Positions 1 to 10,074 are shown, numbered from the stretch's first letter. The stretch is DNA of 64,000 nucleotides from Verrucomicrobiales bacterium (GCA_028293125.1 JAQGPJ010000079.1:5817-69816); one strand, 5' to 3'. Numbers and translations are program-made. Notes: generated by a model not told the origin, from the sequence alone.

Positions 1-230
1 CACGGTGAAGCACCGTGTCCCAAAGGCTGGCACTGCTGCCGGTGACCGCCGCCGTCACGATACGGCGCGCACGGGAGGGACCGGAGAAAGGGACTGAGAT
101 GGTTCCTGTTTATTCACTCCCGGCATTTTCCCGCCCGCCCGCCATTCCGGCCCGGCGGGCTTTTTGTTTTCCACTTCCGTCCCCGGACCATCGTTTTCCC
201 ATTCATGCCACTTTCTTCGCTATTCTTGTT

Positions 231-1466
231 ATGAAGCCTGCGGCTTTTTCCATGATGGCCGGCTTCCGGTCACTGCCGGGCCCGTTCTGGGTGCTGTGGG
301 GCGGCACGTTCATCAACCGTTTCGCGACCTTCGTCATGCCTTTCCTGACACTGTTCATGAAGCGTCAGGGATTCACGGCGCCGGAGGCCGGATATGCGGT
401 GCTGGCCTATGGCACGGGCGGTTTCATCTGCTCCTTCATCGCCGGTCCATTGGCGGACATGCTGGGGCGGAATCGGGTGCTGGCCGGGGCCCTGGGTCTG
501 GAGGCGGTGATGGTTTTTTTTCTTGGGCGGCAATCCACATTCGCAGGCATCACCGCGCTGTGCTTTCTGGCGGGATTGGCCGGGCAGGGGGTGTCACCTG
601 CAGTGAACGGTTTGGTGGGGGACATCGTGCCGGCGGACCGGCGGCTGCAGGCCCAGCTGGCGCTGCGGCTGGCGGTGAACGCCGGCTTCGCCTTCGGGCC
701 GGCGGTGGCGGGATTCGTGGCCGTGCACAGTTATGGGGTGCTGTTCACCGTCGATGCGCTGACCTCCCTGACATTCGCCTGCATGGCGCTGTTTTTCCTG
801 CCGCAGGGCCAGACCACGGCCCGGAAGCATGCCGGATGGCGGCCCGCGCTGACCGCGCTCCGGCACTCGCGCGGCATGTGGTCCGTGCTGGCGGCGGCGG
901 TCTGCTGCTCGTTTCTGTTCCGGCAGATCACCACCACGCTCAATCTGGAGGTGCTGCAGCGGGGACATGCGGAATCAACCGCCGGGATGCTTCTGTCCAT
1001 GAACGGACTGCTTATAATCTGTCTGGAGATCCCTTTGATGGCCGCCACCTCCTGGCTTTCCCTGCGCGCGGGGATGGGTGCGGGAGTGGCGCTGATGGGC
1101 CTGAGTCTGATGCTCAATGCCTTGCATGGGCCGGTCTGGATGCTTTTTGTGTGCATGGCCGGTTTCACGCTGGGGGAAATGATCACGCTCCCACGGCAGG
1201 CCACGCTGGTGGTGGAGCTGTCCCCGCCTGACATGCGGGCCAGGTTTGCCGGCTTCACCGGCTTTGCGTGGGTGATCGGCAATATGAGCGGAGCGCTCGC
1301 CGGCATCAATCTCCACGCATGGAATCCCGTGGTCATGTGGTGCCTCTGCGGGCTGCTGGGCGCGGTGGCCGCAGCCATTATTGTTTTCGGGCACCGCGAT
1401 GACCGGACAGTTGTTCCCGCAGGAAAGGCGGCTCCGGCGGGAAGTGACGCTGTCTCCGCCGGCTGA
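231..1466 (+). CDS. MFS transporter
   Basis: Frame of ORF 15..1466, trimmed to the ATG at 231 (MKPAAFSMMAGF...) because the upstream 72 codons are P/R-rich and not membrane-like. About 12 hydrophobic segments. MFS motif-A-like loop GPLADMLGRNRVL. Confidence 0.8.
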   Translation: MKPAAFSMMAGFRSLPGPFWVLWGGTFINRFATFVMPFLTLFMKRQGFTAPEAGYAVLAYGTGGFICSFIAGPLADMLGRNRVLAGALGLEAVMVFFLGRQSTFAGITALCFLAGLAGQGVSPAVNGLVGDIVPADRRLQAQLALRLAVNAGFAFGPAVAGFVAVHSYGVLFTVDALTSLTFACMALFFLPQGQTTARKHAGWRPALTALRHSRGMWSVLAAAVCCSFLFRQITTTLNLEVLQRGHAESTAGMLLSMNGLLIICLEIPLMAATSWLSLRAGMGAGVALMGLSLMLNALHGPVWMLFVCMAGFTLGEMITLPRQATLVVELSPPDMRARFAGFTGFAWVIGNMSGALAGINLHAWNPVVMWCLCGLLGAVAAAIIVFGHRDDRTVVPAGKAAPAGSDAVSAG

Positions 1467-1705
1467 CTTTTCCTCCGCCGGCATTTTTCGCAATGAGATG
1501 CTTCAAAATGCATTGGCGGCTTGGCTTCCGGGAAAGGCGCGGTGCCTGCCTCCGCCGGTGAAACCCGCGGAAACCAAAGGCGGCAAATCCCGTGTCCCCC
1601 TAATCCTCCCGGTTCCGTAATCATTCGATGGAAAGCCGGTGTTTTCCGGAGACAGAACCACTGCCGCCCACCGCTTCCGCTTCACTGATTTCCCAGTATT
1701 CCATC

Positions 1706-2749
1706 ATGAACACTCTCTCCACTCCCTGGCGTGCCTTGGCCGCCGCTGTGCCCGCTTTGGTGCTGGCCCTCTCCTCCGTGTCCCATGTCGAGGCCAAGGA
1801 AGGCTGGGGCACCAATTTCGAGGCCGCCAAAACCCAGGCGGCCAAGGATAAAAAGGACATCCTGATGGACTTCACCGGCTCTGACTGGTGCGGGTGGTGC
1901 ATCAAGCTGGACCAGGAGGTGTTCAGCAAGGATGGCTTCAAACAGGAGGCCCCCAAGCATTTTGTCCTGCTGGAACTCGATTTTCCCCAGAACAAGGAAC
2001 TCCCCAAAGAGCAGACGGAGCAGAACGAGAAACTGCAGGAGACCTACCACATCGCCGGCTTCCCCACCGTGATTCTGGCGGACGCGGAGGGCCGTCCCTA
2101 TGGCAAAACCGGCTATATGGCCGGTGGTCCCGAAGCTTTCAATGAGGAGCTCAACCGCCTCCGCAAAGTCCGGGAGAGCCGTGACGCCGGCTTCAAAAAG
2201 GCCGGGGATGCCCAAGGGCTCGACAAGGCCAAGGCGCTGAAGGAGGCTCTGGGCACCCTGGAGCCGGAAGTGGCCGGGGAATATTACCAGAAGGAGATGG
2301 ATCAGATCATGGCCCTTGATCCGTCCGACACCCTGGGACTGAAAGCCAAAAAGGAATACGGCGAACGGCGCAAGGCTCTGGACGACAAGCTGACGGAGTA
2401 CGCCCAGAACATGCAGGCCAAGGAGTTCGGCCAGGCGGTGGATGACTTCATCGCCAAGGAAAAGGTGACGGGCGTGGATTTGCAGGATCTGCTCTTCACC
2501 AAGCTGACCACCCTGGGGCCGGCTGATTTGGACAAGGCGAATGACCTGATGAATGAGGTGATCAAAATCGACCCCAAATCCGAACTCGGCGAGCGTGCCG
2601 CCACCGTAAAGGAGAAAATCGGGGTCATGCGCAAGCAGATCGAGGAATCCAGAAAAACGGACGCGGACAAAGCGGATGCGGACAAGGATGACAAGGATAA
2701 AGGCAAGGCTGAGGAGAAAGCCGCTCCTGACAAGAACGAGGACAAGTAA
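1706..2749 (+). CDS. Exported thioredoxin-fold protein with helical C-terminal region and K/D/E-rich tail
   Basis: Frame of ORF 1628..2749, with ATG at 1706 giving the signal-peptide-like N-terminus MNTLSTPWRALAAAVPALVLALSSVSHVEA. CxxC motif in DFTGSDWCGWCIKLDQEVF, typical of the thioredoxin fold. Acidic/lysine tail KTDADKADADKDDKDKGKAEEK. Confidence 0.75.
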   Translation: MNTLSTPWRALAAAVPALVLALSSVSHVEAKEGWGTNFEAAKTQAAKDKKDILMDFTGSDWCGWCIKLDQEVFSKDGFKQEAPKHFVLLELDFPQNKELPKEQTEQNEKLQETYHIAGFPTVILADAEGRPYGKTGYMAGGPEAFNEELNRLRKVRESRDAGFKKAGDAQGLDKAKALKEALGTLEPEVAGEYYQKEMDQIMALDPSDTLGLKAKKEYGERRKALDDKLTEYAQNMQAKEFGQAVDDFIAKEKVTGVDLQDLLFTKLTTLGPADLDKANDLMNEVIKIDPKSELGERAATVKEKIGVMRKQIEESRKTDADKADADKDDKDKGKAEEKAAPDKNEDK

Positions 2750-2760
2750 TTGATCCTCAC

Positions 2761-2819
2761 CTCCCGCCGGAGCCGGCTCGGATTTTGAATCAGCCGGTTC
2801 CGGCGGGAGTTTTTGTTTT
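2761..2819 (+). terminator. Rho-independent terminator after the thioredoxin-fold gene
   Basis: ctcccgccggagccggct ... agccggttccggcgggag forms an 18-bp stem with one mismatch, followed by tttttgtttt. Confidence 0.65.
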
Positions 2820-2942
2820 CCGGAAAGCCAGCGGAACGGGCGCGCTCCAAAGACCTGCTTTACCGGGAATCCGGCCAGCGGTCACGCTGCCGTGACAGGA
2901 CGGATCCCGTCCCCTGCCACTGATCAGGATGTCCGGGAAAAA

Positions 2943-3344
2943 TCAGGGCCGGTCCAGAATGCCGGTGCTGGCGCGCGGAAACAGGGCGTTGAGCGTGGTC
3001 TGCTCGGTTTTTTCACGCGTGGCCATCACAATGGGCAGATCACCAAACTCCGCCAAGACCTGGCGGCAGGCTCCGCAGGGTGAGATGGGCTCCCGGGTGT
3101 CCGCCACCACCGCCATGGCGGTGAAGTGCCGGCAGCCGGCGGCGACCGCCTGGCAGACGGCAGCGCGTTCCGCGCAGATCGTCAAACCGTAGCTGAGATT
3201 CTCCACATTGCAGCCCCGGTAAATCACGCCATCCGCTCCCAGCAGGGCGGCGCCGACCGCAAATTGGGAATAGGGAGCATAGGCATGGCCGCGGGCTTCC
3301 CACGCGGCGGTGGTCAGGAGGGCAAAATCGATGCTGGGGGACAT
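2943..3344 (-). CDS. cdd: Cytidine deaminase
   Basis: Zinc-ligand motifs CAERAA and PCGACRQVLAEF. Size is about 130 aa. Start is ambiguous: ATG at 3344 (MSPSIDF), 3365, or the longest ORF at 3401. Confidence 0.85.
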   Translation of the reverse strand: MSPSIDFALLTTAAWEARGHAYAPYSQFAVGAALLGADGVIYRGCNVENLSYGLTICAERAAVCQAVAAGCRHFTAMAVVADTREPISPCGACRQVLAEFGDLPIVMATREKTEQTTLNALFPRASTGILDRP

Positions 3345-3401
3345 AATGGGCTCTGAGTGCGGCATGCTGGCGTGCGGATTTGCCAAAGGCAGGGAATCCA
3401 A

Positions 3402-4286
3402 TCAGGCGCGGGGATGAAATTTGGCGTGGATCTCCTTCAGCCGCCGCTGGTCCACGTGGGTGTAAATTTGCGTGGTGGCGATATTGGCATGGCCCAGCAT
3501 TTCCTGAATCACCCGCAGGTCCGCGCCTCCACTGAGCAGATGGGTGGCAAAGCTGTGGCGCAGCAGATGCGGATGCACGTCCAGACCCGCGTCGGCGGCG
3601 CGGGCTTTCACAATCTGCCACAGACGCTGGGTGGTGAGCCTGCCGCCGCGCACGCTTAGAAAGATGTGGTTACCCGTGCGGGGACGGACCAGCTTTGGCC
3701 GGCCGTTGTCCAGCCAGTCCTGGATCACCCGCAGCGCGACTTTCCCCACCGGCACCAGCCGTGTTTTGCCGCCTTTGCCGGTCACGCGGATGATGCCCTC
3801 CTCAAAGGACAGCTCATCCAGGGTGGCATTGGCCAGTTCGGAAATGCGCAGCCCACTGGCGTACAGCAGTTCCAGCACCGCCAGATCGCGGAAGTCCAGC
3901 GGAGTCCGGGGTTCGAAGGAGGCCAGCAGATGTTCCACCTCCTGCTGCGAAAGCGTCTGCGGCAGGCCGGCATCCAGCCGGGGCGTCCGCAGGCCGTCCG
4001 CAGGATCGCCGGGGATCCATTTCCGCACCGTCAGCCAGCGGAAGAAAATTTTGATGGAGATAATTCCCAGACGAATCGTGGCGTTGCTCAGCCCATCACT
4101 TTTGCGGCGGGCGAGGTACTCGGTCAAGTGCCTGCGGGTGACTGCCTCCGGCGATGCAATGCCACAATGCCCGTTCAGCCAGGAAATCAGGGCCTCCAAG
4201 GCCTGCCGGTTGGAAAGCTGGTAGTTTACGGACAGGCCACGCTCCGCCGCCAAGTAAATCAAAAACCGTTCCAGCGCTGTCGTCAT
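3402..4286 (-). CDS. Tyrosine site-specific recombinase, XerC/XerD type
   Basis: 294 aa. The N-terminus MTTALERFLIYLAAERGLS is core-binding-domain-like. C-terminal catalytic signature HLLRHSFATHLLSGGADLRVIQEMLGHANIATTQIYTHV. Confidence 0.88.
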   Translation of the reverse strand: MTTALERFLIYLAAERGLSVNYQLSNRQALEALISWLNGHCGIASPEAVTRRHLTEYLARRKSDGLSNATIRLGIISIKIFFRWLTVRKWIPGDPADGLRTPRLDAGLPQTLSQQEVEHLLASFEPRTPLDFRDLAVLELLYASGLRISELANATLDELSFEEGIIRVTGKGGKTRLVPVGKVALRVIQDWLDNGRPKLVRPRTGNHIFLSVRGGRLTTQRLWQIVKARAADAGLDVHPHLLRHSFATHLLSGGADLRVIQEMLGHANIATTQIYTHVDQRRLKEIHAKFHPRA

Positions 4287-4343
4287 AAGCGCAGTGTCAC
4301 CCGTCTTTACGGCTGTGCAATCCCTGCTGGATATGCCTTTGAT

Positions 4344-4393
4344 AAAAACGAAGCGGCGGGATCGCTTTAAAAGCGTTCCCGCCGCCTGCTTTT
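4344..4393 (-). terminator. Hairpin terminator downstream of the small membrane protein gene (bidirectional form)
   Basis: gcggcgggatcgcttt/aaagcgttcccgccgc long stem. An A-run lies 5' and ctgctttt lies 3' on the plus strand, so the minus strand reads the hairpin followed by cgttttt. Confidence 0.5.
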
Positions 4394-4478
4394 AGTCCTG
4401 GGGATGCCGTGGCCAGCTTTTTATAGGGGTCGCAGCCGGAAAATCAGGCACGGCATCCTAACCACTGTGCCTTCGTGG

Positions 4479-4661
4479 TCACTGGAGCCGGTGTGAGGGG
4501 GATGAGTCAGTCAGTCTGCGCCGGAAGGAAAAGACTGCCATTGTCAGAAATATCAGAGCCAGTACACGGATCACCCATGCGATGACTCCCACCAGCACCC
4601 ATAATCCCATAACCGCGGCCACAATCGCCAGAATTGTGAAAATAACAGTGGAGGTTCTCAT
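4479..4661 (-). CDS. Small two-TM membrane protein (lmo0937/GlsB-like stress-associated family)
   Basis: ATG at 4661 gives MRTSTVIFTILAIVAAVMGLWVLVGVIAWVIRVLALIFLTMAVFSFRRR, about 60 aa. The layout is two hydrophobic helices followed by a basic tail. It sits next to a CsbD-like gene. Confidence 0.55.
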   Translation of the reverse strand: MRTSTVIFTILAIVAAVMGLWVLVGVIAWVIRVLALIFLTMAVFSFRRRLTDSSPSHRLQ

Positions 4662-4726
4662 AATGGTTTGAGTGGCTGATAGGGATAAGGACCAGAGAAG
4701 GATGCAAAGCGAAGCCCGGGTCACGC

Positions 4727-5020
4727 TTATTCAGACTGCAGAATCTGCTCCACCTCCTCGCGGGATTTGCCGAGGCGCTTCTGGAGGCGGCCGTAAAGTT
4801 CATCCTCCTTGCCTTCCACATAGAGAAGATCGTCATCGGTGAGTTCGGCGTATTTCTGCTTCAGCTTGCCTTTCGCACTGTTCCAGTCGCCTTTGACTTT
4901 CAGTTTGTTGGCTGAGGGGGTGCTGACAACGGCGTCACCGCTCGGGGTTTCAATGACGGTTTTTTTTTCGCAGGCGACTGCGGTGAAGGCGGCCAAAGTG
5001 GCAAGTAGGATCAGTTTCAT
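4727..5020 (-). CDS. CsbD-family stress protein with lipoprotein signal
   Basis: ATG at 5020 gives MKLILLATLAAFTAVAC (lipobox-like AVAC). The C-terminal part KGDWNSAKGKLKQKYAELTDDDLLYVEGKEDELYGRLQKRLGKSREEVE matches the CsbD signature. Confidence 0.7.
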   Translation of the reverse strand: MKLILLATLAAFTAVACEKKTVIETPSGDAVVSTPSANKLKVKGDWNSAKGKLKQKYAELTDDDLLYVEGKEDELYGRLQKRLGKSREEVEQILQSE

Positions 5021-5558
5021 GGTAGTGTGGTTGAGGGGTGGCTGCGGTGCCGATCCGGCGGGATGCCGGGCGGAACCGGGTAGTAGCACACTTCTTTTGC
5101 AGGATCAGCGCCGATCCTATGAAAACTGAACAAGAGTAATGATAGTAATTTGAAGATCAATGGATTATATAAAATCCCGAATTGATTGTCGGAGAATGCC
5201 AGTGAGGATTGTTGCCGCATTTTGCCATGCTTGTCGAAAATTCCTGCCGCGATTCGTCGGGACAGCTTGCCGGAGAGTGCTGAAAATGGAGGCTGAAAGG
5301 CCAAAACGCTGGACGGTCAGGGAATCCGCGTTGCGCCACCGCACGGGCTTTGCAGTCTGAAGGTCCCTTATACCATGAAATCCTGTATTTTTGAGCTCAA
5401 ATTTTAATCATTTGAGCAAATTCAAAAATAGGCGACGCTTTTAATGCAACGTGCCTTCACTGCCACCGGTGGTAAAGGGGCGGATGCGGGAGATACGGAC
5501 GGGCAACCGGATGTTTTTCCGAAAAACCAAAAAAACCCCACACTCTTCTAAAGTAACC

Positions 5559-6236
5559 ATGAAAGTCCTCGTTGTTGAAGACAATGAACCCCTGCGCAAA
5601 TCCATCGGACAGCGCCTGCGGGAGTCAGGCTGCGCTGTGGATGAAACCGGCGACGGAGCCGAAGGCCTCTGGCTGGCCACGGAAAACCGCTACGCGCTGG
5701 CGATTCTGGATTTGATGCTCCCCAATATGGACGGGGTGGAACTGCTGCGCAAAATGCGCGGCCAGAACGCCGACACCAGCGTGCTCATTGTCACCGCCCG
5801 CGATGCGGTGGGTGACCGCGTGACCGGGCTGGACGCCGGCGCGGATGATTATCTGGTCAAGCCGTTCTCCCTGGACGAACTGATGGCCCGCGTGCGGGCT
5901 CTGCTCCGCCGCACCCATAATGTGAAGGATCCCATCATCCGCGTGGGCGATCTGGAGATCGACACCAACCGTAAATCCGCCTCCCGCGGTGGCCAGCCGC
6001 TGGAGCTGACCGCCCGCGAATACGCCCTGATTGAACTTCTGGCCATGCGCTCCGGCGAAGTGGTCAGCCGCGCCGAAATCTGGGAGCAGCTCTACGACTT
6101 CAATCAGGATCCGGAAAGCAACGTGGTGGATGTTTTCATTGCCTACCTGCGCCGGAAAATTGAGCGTGAGGACAAGCCAAAGCTGATCCATACCCGCCGG
6201 GGCATGGGCTATATTCTGGAGGAGCGCGCCGCCTGA
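5559..6236 (+). CDS. OmpR-family response regulator
   Basis: MKVLVVEDNEPL... receiver domain (DLMLPNMDG, VLIVTARD), followed by a winged-helix C-terminus (LTAREYALIELL, IHTRRGMGYIL). Confidence 0.9.
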   Translation: MKVLVVEDNEPLRKSIGQRLRESGCAVDETGDGAEGLWLATENRYALAILDLMLPNMDGVELLRKMRGQNADTSVLIVTARDAVGDRVTGLDAGADDYLVKPFSLDELMARVRALLRRTHNVKDPIIRVGDLEIDTNRKSASRGGQPLELTAREYALIELLAMRSGEVVSRAEIWEQLYDFNQDPESNVVDVFIAYLRRKIEREDKPKLIHTRRGMGYILEERAA

Positions 6237-6281
6237 TCCCGGCTTTTGGACTGCTGACATGGTGGAATTCCCTCCTCCCTA

Positions 6282-7751
6282 ATGCCCCTTCGGCCCAAAT
6301 CCCTTCAGGGACGCCTGCTATTGGGCATCCTTGTCTGTCTAACGGCCACCCTCGCACTCGGGGGGGTGGTCGTTTACCGGGTCATTGATGCACATCTGAG
6401 AGAGGAATTCGACACCGCCCTCAGGGAAAAACTGCGTTTTTACGCCATCACGATCAAGTTCATCTCCGAAGATCAACCCTTCCAGATGAAAATGGGAAAG
6501 GCGGAGTTTGAACTGATGAACACCTCCGCTTATCCGGATTATGTCGAGTTCTGGTACTGGCCGCGGGAAAGGGAAATCTACCGCATTCCCTCCCTGACAA
6601 ATCTGAAGGCCCACCTGCCTGTGGTTCCCCTGAAGCCGGAGGAAGCCGTCTTCACGGATTTTCACTTCCCGGGCGCCAACACCCAGGTGAGGATGCTCAG
6701 CCGGATCATTTATCCCCCGCAGGATGAAAGCAATGACCCCATTGCCGTGCGAATCGCGGTGGCGAAACCAACGCATGCCCTGATCGAGGCCCTCGCCGAG
6801 GTAAGATGGTTTCTGATCAAGACCGGGATCTTCACCACTGCGGCACTGATGCTCTGCGCCCAAGTGATCGTGCGCCGGGCGGCCCGGCATGTCCATACCC
6901 TGTCGCATCAGATCGAGGCCATGCCTCTGGTGGACAGTGATGAGCGGTTTGCCCTCCCTGGTGCCCCCAGCGAGCTGCAGCCTGTGGTCCGCCGCCTCAA
7001 TGCCCTGATGGACCGGGTGGGAGCGGCGATTGATCACGAGCGCATGTTCACCTCCAATGCCGCCCATGAGCTGCGGAACCCGCTGGCCGCCATCCGCAGC
7101 ACGGTGGAAGTCGCACTCAGCCGCACCCGCAAGCCGGAGGAGTATGAGGAGACCTTGGAGGCGGTGCTGGAATCCCAGGCCGGCATGCAGCGGGTGGTGG
7201 ATCACCTGCTGCTGCTGGCGCGGCTGGAGAGCGGCCATCAGATCCACGAGTTCTCCTTGGAGTCCGTGTCCCTGTCCAAGCTGCTGCGCAGCGCTTGGCG
7301 GCCCAGTTTTGACCGGGCCTCCGACCGGGGGCTGAAAGTTTCATGGCAGGTGGAGGAGCCTGCGCATCACCTGCTGATTCCCTCAGCTCTTGTTGGGATT
7401 GTGCTGCGCAACCTTTTTGACAATGCCTCCTCCTATACTCCGGAAGGGGGGCAGATCCGCATTTCCGCCGCCGTGAGCGGCGGCACCGCCACCATTTCCG
7501 TGGCCAACACCAATCCCGGCCTCACCGGCGGGGATCTGGAGAGGAGCTTCTCCCCCTTCTGGCGCAGTGACCCCAATGCCAGCGGCCACCGGGGCAACGC
7601 CGGCATCGGGCTTGCGCTGGTCCGCCGAATCATGCATACCATGGGCGGGCATGCAGAGGCCACAGTGGAAGGGGATTTTCTGGCGTACCGCCTTGTTTTT
7701 CCTGCTGCCGCGGATCCGGAGCTGAAAGCCGTAAGCGAAAAAACGGTCTGA
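6282..7751 (+). CDS. Sensor histidine kinase (periplasmic sensor, HAMP-like, HisKA, HATPase_c)
   Basis: N-terminal TM segment. H-box FTSNAAHELRNPLAAIRS, N-box LRNLFDNASSYTP and G-box GIGLALVRRIM. Lies directly downstream of the response regulator. Confidence 0.9.
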   Translation: MPLRPKSLQGRLLLGILVCLTATLALGGVVVYRVIDAHLREEFDTALREKLRFYAITIKFISEDQPFQMKMGKAEFELMNTSAYPDYVEFWYWPREREIYRIPSLTNLKAHLPVVPLKPEEAVFTDFHFPGANTQVRMLSRIIYPPQDESNDPIAVRIAVAKPTHALIEALAEVRWFLIKTGIFTTAALMLCAQVIVRRAARHVHTLSHQIEAMPLVDSDERFALPGAPSELQPVVRRLNALMDRVGAAIDHERMFTSNAAHELRNPLAAIRSTVEVALSRTRKPEEYEETLEAVLESQAGMQRVVDHLLLLARLESGHQIHEFSLESVSLSKLLRSAWRPSFDRASDRGLKVSWQVEEPAHHLLIPSALVGIVLRNLFDNASSYTPEGGQIRISAAVSGGTATISVANTNPGLTGGDLERSFSPFWRSDPNASGHRGNAGIGLALVRRIMHTMGGHAEATVEGDFLAYRLVFPAAADPELKAVSEKTV

Positions 7752-8262
7752 AAATCAGAGACCCTTTTTATGGGATGGCCAACGGTGCAGGCCCCGTCTG
7801 TTCATTTTAGCAGTGAATGAACGAGTGAGCAAACGAGCAGTGGCTCCCCGTGATATACTGATTGTCATGAATGATTTCCGGAAAACTGCTCCTCCAACCG
7901 TGGAAATCCTCCGCCTATCCGGAATTGCTTTTGGCAATTTGTATAACCTATTTCCCCCGGGCACGCCTTCCGACCAGCCCCGGGCGGGGAGCCCTTGACG
8001 GATGGTGCATCGTTGGCGGAACCATTGCCTCAAAGGCAAAGATCTTAAAAGGTTAAAACAACCTGATAAAATCCGGATTTGCGTGGGACGTGAATGGAAG
8101 TTTCAGTTGTGCGTCCGGAGGGGATGTGCTAAAAACGCGACCGTGTCGGGGTGCCGCGTGGCACCTCCACGAAGTTCCTGCCGACCGCAGTCTTCCAACA
8201 AGCTTGTGTACCGAGGCATGCAGAATTGTTGATGATTAAACGCCTCAAAGAAAATTAGAGAA

Positions 8263-8772
8263 ATGGAAATATACGTTGGAAACCTCGCCTACGAAACGAC
8301 CGAGGCTGCGCTGACAACCGAGTTCGGAGCTTTTGGCTCTGTGGATAAGGTCAGCATCATCATGGATAAATTCACGGGCCGCTCGAAAGGTTTTGCTTTC
8401 GTTTCCATGCCCAATGTCAATGAGGCGAATGCCGCGATTGAAGCCATCAATGGCAAGGACATGGATGGCCGTCCGCTGACTGTCAATCAGGCCCGTCCGC
8501 GTGAGGAGCGTCCCTACGCCGGCGGCAGCGGTGGTGGCGGCGGCGGCTACGCCGGTGGTGGCGGCGGCGGCGGCTTCAAGCCCCGCAGTGGCGGTGGTGG
8601 CGGCGGCTACGCCGGTGGCGGCGGCGGGGGCAGTCGGGGCGGCTACGGTGGCGGCGGTGGCGGCGGTGGCCGTGGCGGCTACGGTGGCGGTGGCAGCGGT
8701 GGTGGTGGCGGCGGCGGCGGTTTCCGTGACCGTGGCGACCGCGGACGTGACCGTGGCGGTGACCGTTACTGA
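8263..8772 (+). CDS. RRM-type glycine-rich RNA-binding protein
   Basis: RNP2 IYVGNL and RNP1 KGFAFVSM within an RRM of about 80 aa. This is followed by an 84-aa tail: G/Y/RGG-rich to aa 153, then an RD/RG end. Confidence 0.9.
   Translation: MEIYVGNLAYETTEAALTTEFGAFGSVDKVSIIMDKFTGRSKGFAFVSMPNVNEANAAIEAINGKDMDGRPLTVNQARPREERPYAGGSGGGGGGYAGGGGGGGFKPRSGGGGGGYAGGGGGGSRGGYGGGGGGGGRGGYGGGGSGGGGGGGGFRDRGDRGRDRGGDRY
8518..8721 (+). repeat. (GGN)n low-complexity coding tract
   Basis: Near-continuous GGC/GGT codons encoding GGGGGGYAGGGGGGG..RGGYGGGG. Every reading frame on both strands is open here, which generates spurious ORFs. Confidence 0.8.
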
Positions 8773-8846
8773 GCGGCATTCCTGTCCACAGTGGGAAAAG
8801 TGCCGTATTTGACGGATCCCATTCCCATCTGATTATTTACTACTGA

Positions 8847-8875
8847 AGCCGGAGAGTCCGCTCTCCGGCTTTTTT
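8847..8875 (+). terminator. Rho-independent terminator after the RRM gene
   Basis: agccggagag-tccg-ctctccggct stem-loop followed by tttttt. Confidence 0.75.
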
Positions 8876-9038
8876 GTGCCGGTAAAACCATGGGCAGTGG
8901 AATGGGGAATGGCAAAAGCCGCCCCGCCGGACCTTTACGATCCAGCCAGAGCGGCTTTGGGATAAATGGATGAAAACATCAGGGCACAGTATGCCGGGGA
9001 AGTCCGGAATGCGGCCCTTCAACTTTGCGGCCGGGAAC

Positions 9039-9824
9039 TTACTTGGACTCCTCGGCGGGCTTGGCTTCAGCCAGCTTTTTGGTGACTTCCTCGGGCACTT
9101 CAAGCTTGGTGGAGCCCACGGCGCTGATTTCAGTGGTGGTCTTGCGGTTGATCTCACGGTCCTCGCCGTTGAAGGAAATGGTGCCCTTCACATGGGTCTC
9201 CACTTTGGCGACGGTGCCGTCCTTGAGCCAGTAGCTGACGGTGCCGGAGACATCGCGGGGCTCAGGACGGTTGCCGCCGTCCCCGCCACCGCCACCGCGG
9301 CGGCCACCGCCACCGTAGGTAAGCAGAGCCTTCACGGAGTCAGCGCTGAGAGCACCAGTGATGGTGCCGTCCTTCTCCTCCAACTTGTCAATTTTTCCCG
9401 CGGTCTCCGCGATTTGCTCGGCCGGGGCCTTCAGGTTGCGGAATGCTCCGGCGCCTCCGCGTCCACCGCGTCCGCCACCGCCATCATTGGAGCGGGCGGC
9501 CGCGATTTCCTCCGGAGTCTTCCAGCTGCCGTCCCGCTTGGTGACCACTTTGCCATCCTTCACAAAGGTTTCGGAGGTGTTGTCACCAAACTTGGTGGTA
9601 ATGAGGCTGATGCCGCTTTTGAGGGTTTTGCCCTCCACGGGGCTCATGCGGGGGGCATTGCCGCCACCGCCGCCACCCACGCGCTCTGTAGTGGTGGTCC
9701 AGCTGTAGTTTTCAGCCTCCACCAGCTTTTTGGCGGCGGCGGCCACGTCCTCCTTGGCGCCGGCAAAAGCGGATACCGGCAGCAGCGCGGCAAGAAAGGC
9801 GGAGGTGAGCAGAGATGTTTTCAT
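9039..9824 (-). CDS. Secreted hypothetical protein with three G/RGG-rich inserts
   Basis: Signal peptide MKTSLLTSAFLAALLPVSAFA. Beta-rich blocks are interrupted by GGGGGGN, GGGGRGGRGGAG and GGGGRRGGGGGDGGN. I recognise no known domain. Confidence 0.7.
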   Translation of the reverse strand: MKTSLLTSAFLAALLPVSAFAGAKEDVAAAAKKLVEAENYSWTTTTERVGGGGGGNAPRMSPVEGKTLKSGISLITTKFGDNTSETFVKDGKVVTKRDGSWKTPEEIAAARSNDGGGGRGGRGGAGAFRNLKAPAEQIAETAGKIDKLEEKDGTITGALSADSVKALLTYGGGGRRGGGGGDGGNRPEPRDVSGTVSYWLKDGTVAKVETHVKGTISFNGEDREINRKTTTEISAVGSTKLEVPEEVTKKLAEAKPAEESK

Positions 9825-10074
9825 ATAAATTTATAAATGACGGATTGAATTATTAGGATGGAGACAAGTGGCATGGAGAACCATCATAACACCGGAGACG
9901 GCCACGCGATCCATAAAGTGTCGCTCTTTCGATCCGTGTACCCGGAGAAGGCGCGGACCGGCCGGAAGCCCCAAACTGAGCGGATCCGTGACACGGCCGA
10001 CCGGTAGCCAGCCGGTTTCCAGTGGTCCCGTTCCCTTGCGCGGGACGGTTTGTGGCGTTAAGAATGCCGGTTCC

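Noticed and set aside
3402-4286. Tyrosine recombinase as the integrase of a mobile element
   Set aside because: It has a XerC/XerD-like sequence and sits in an apparent operon with cdd. The flanks show native GC content, with no att-like repeats, tRNA or cargo genes. It is more likely the chromosomal dimer-resolution recombinase.
7755-8039. 94-codon minus-strand ORF in the HK/RRM intergenic region
   Set aside because: The translation is R/P/G-rich with no motif, and it lies in the probable leader or promoter region of the RRM gene.
8518-8733. Possible CRISPR or microsatellite array in the ggcggcggc region
   Set aside because: There is no repeat-spacer organisation. It is an in-frame (GGN)n tract encoding the glycine-rich tail of the RRM protein.
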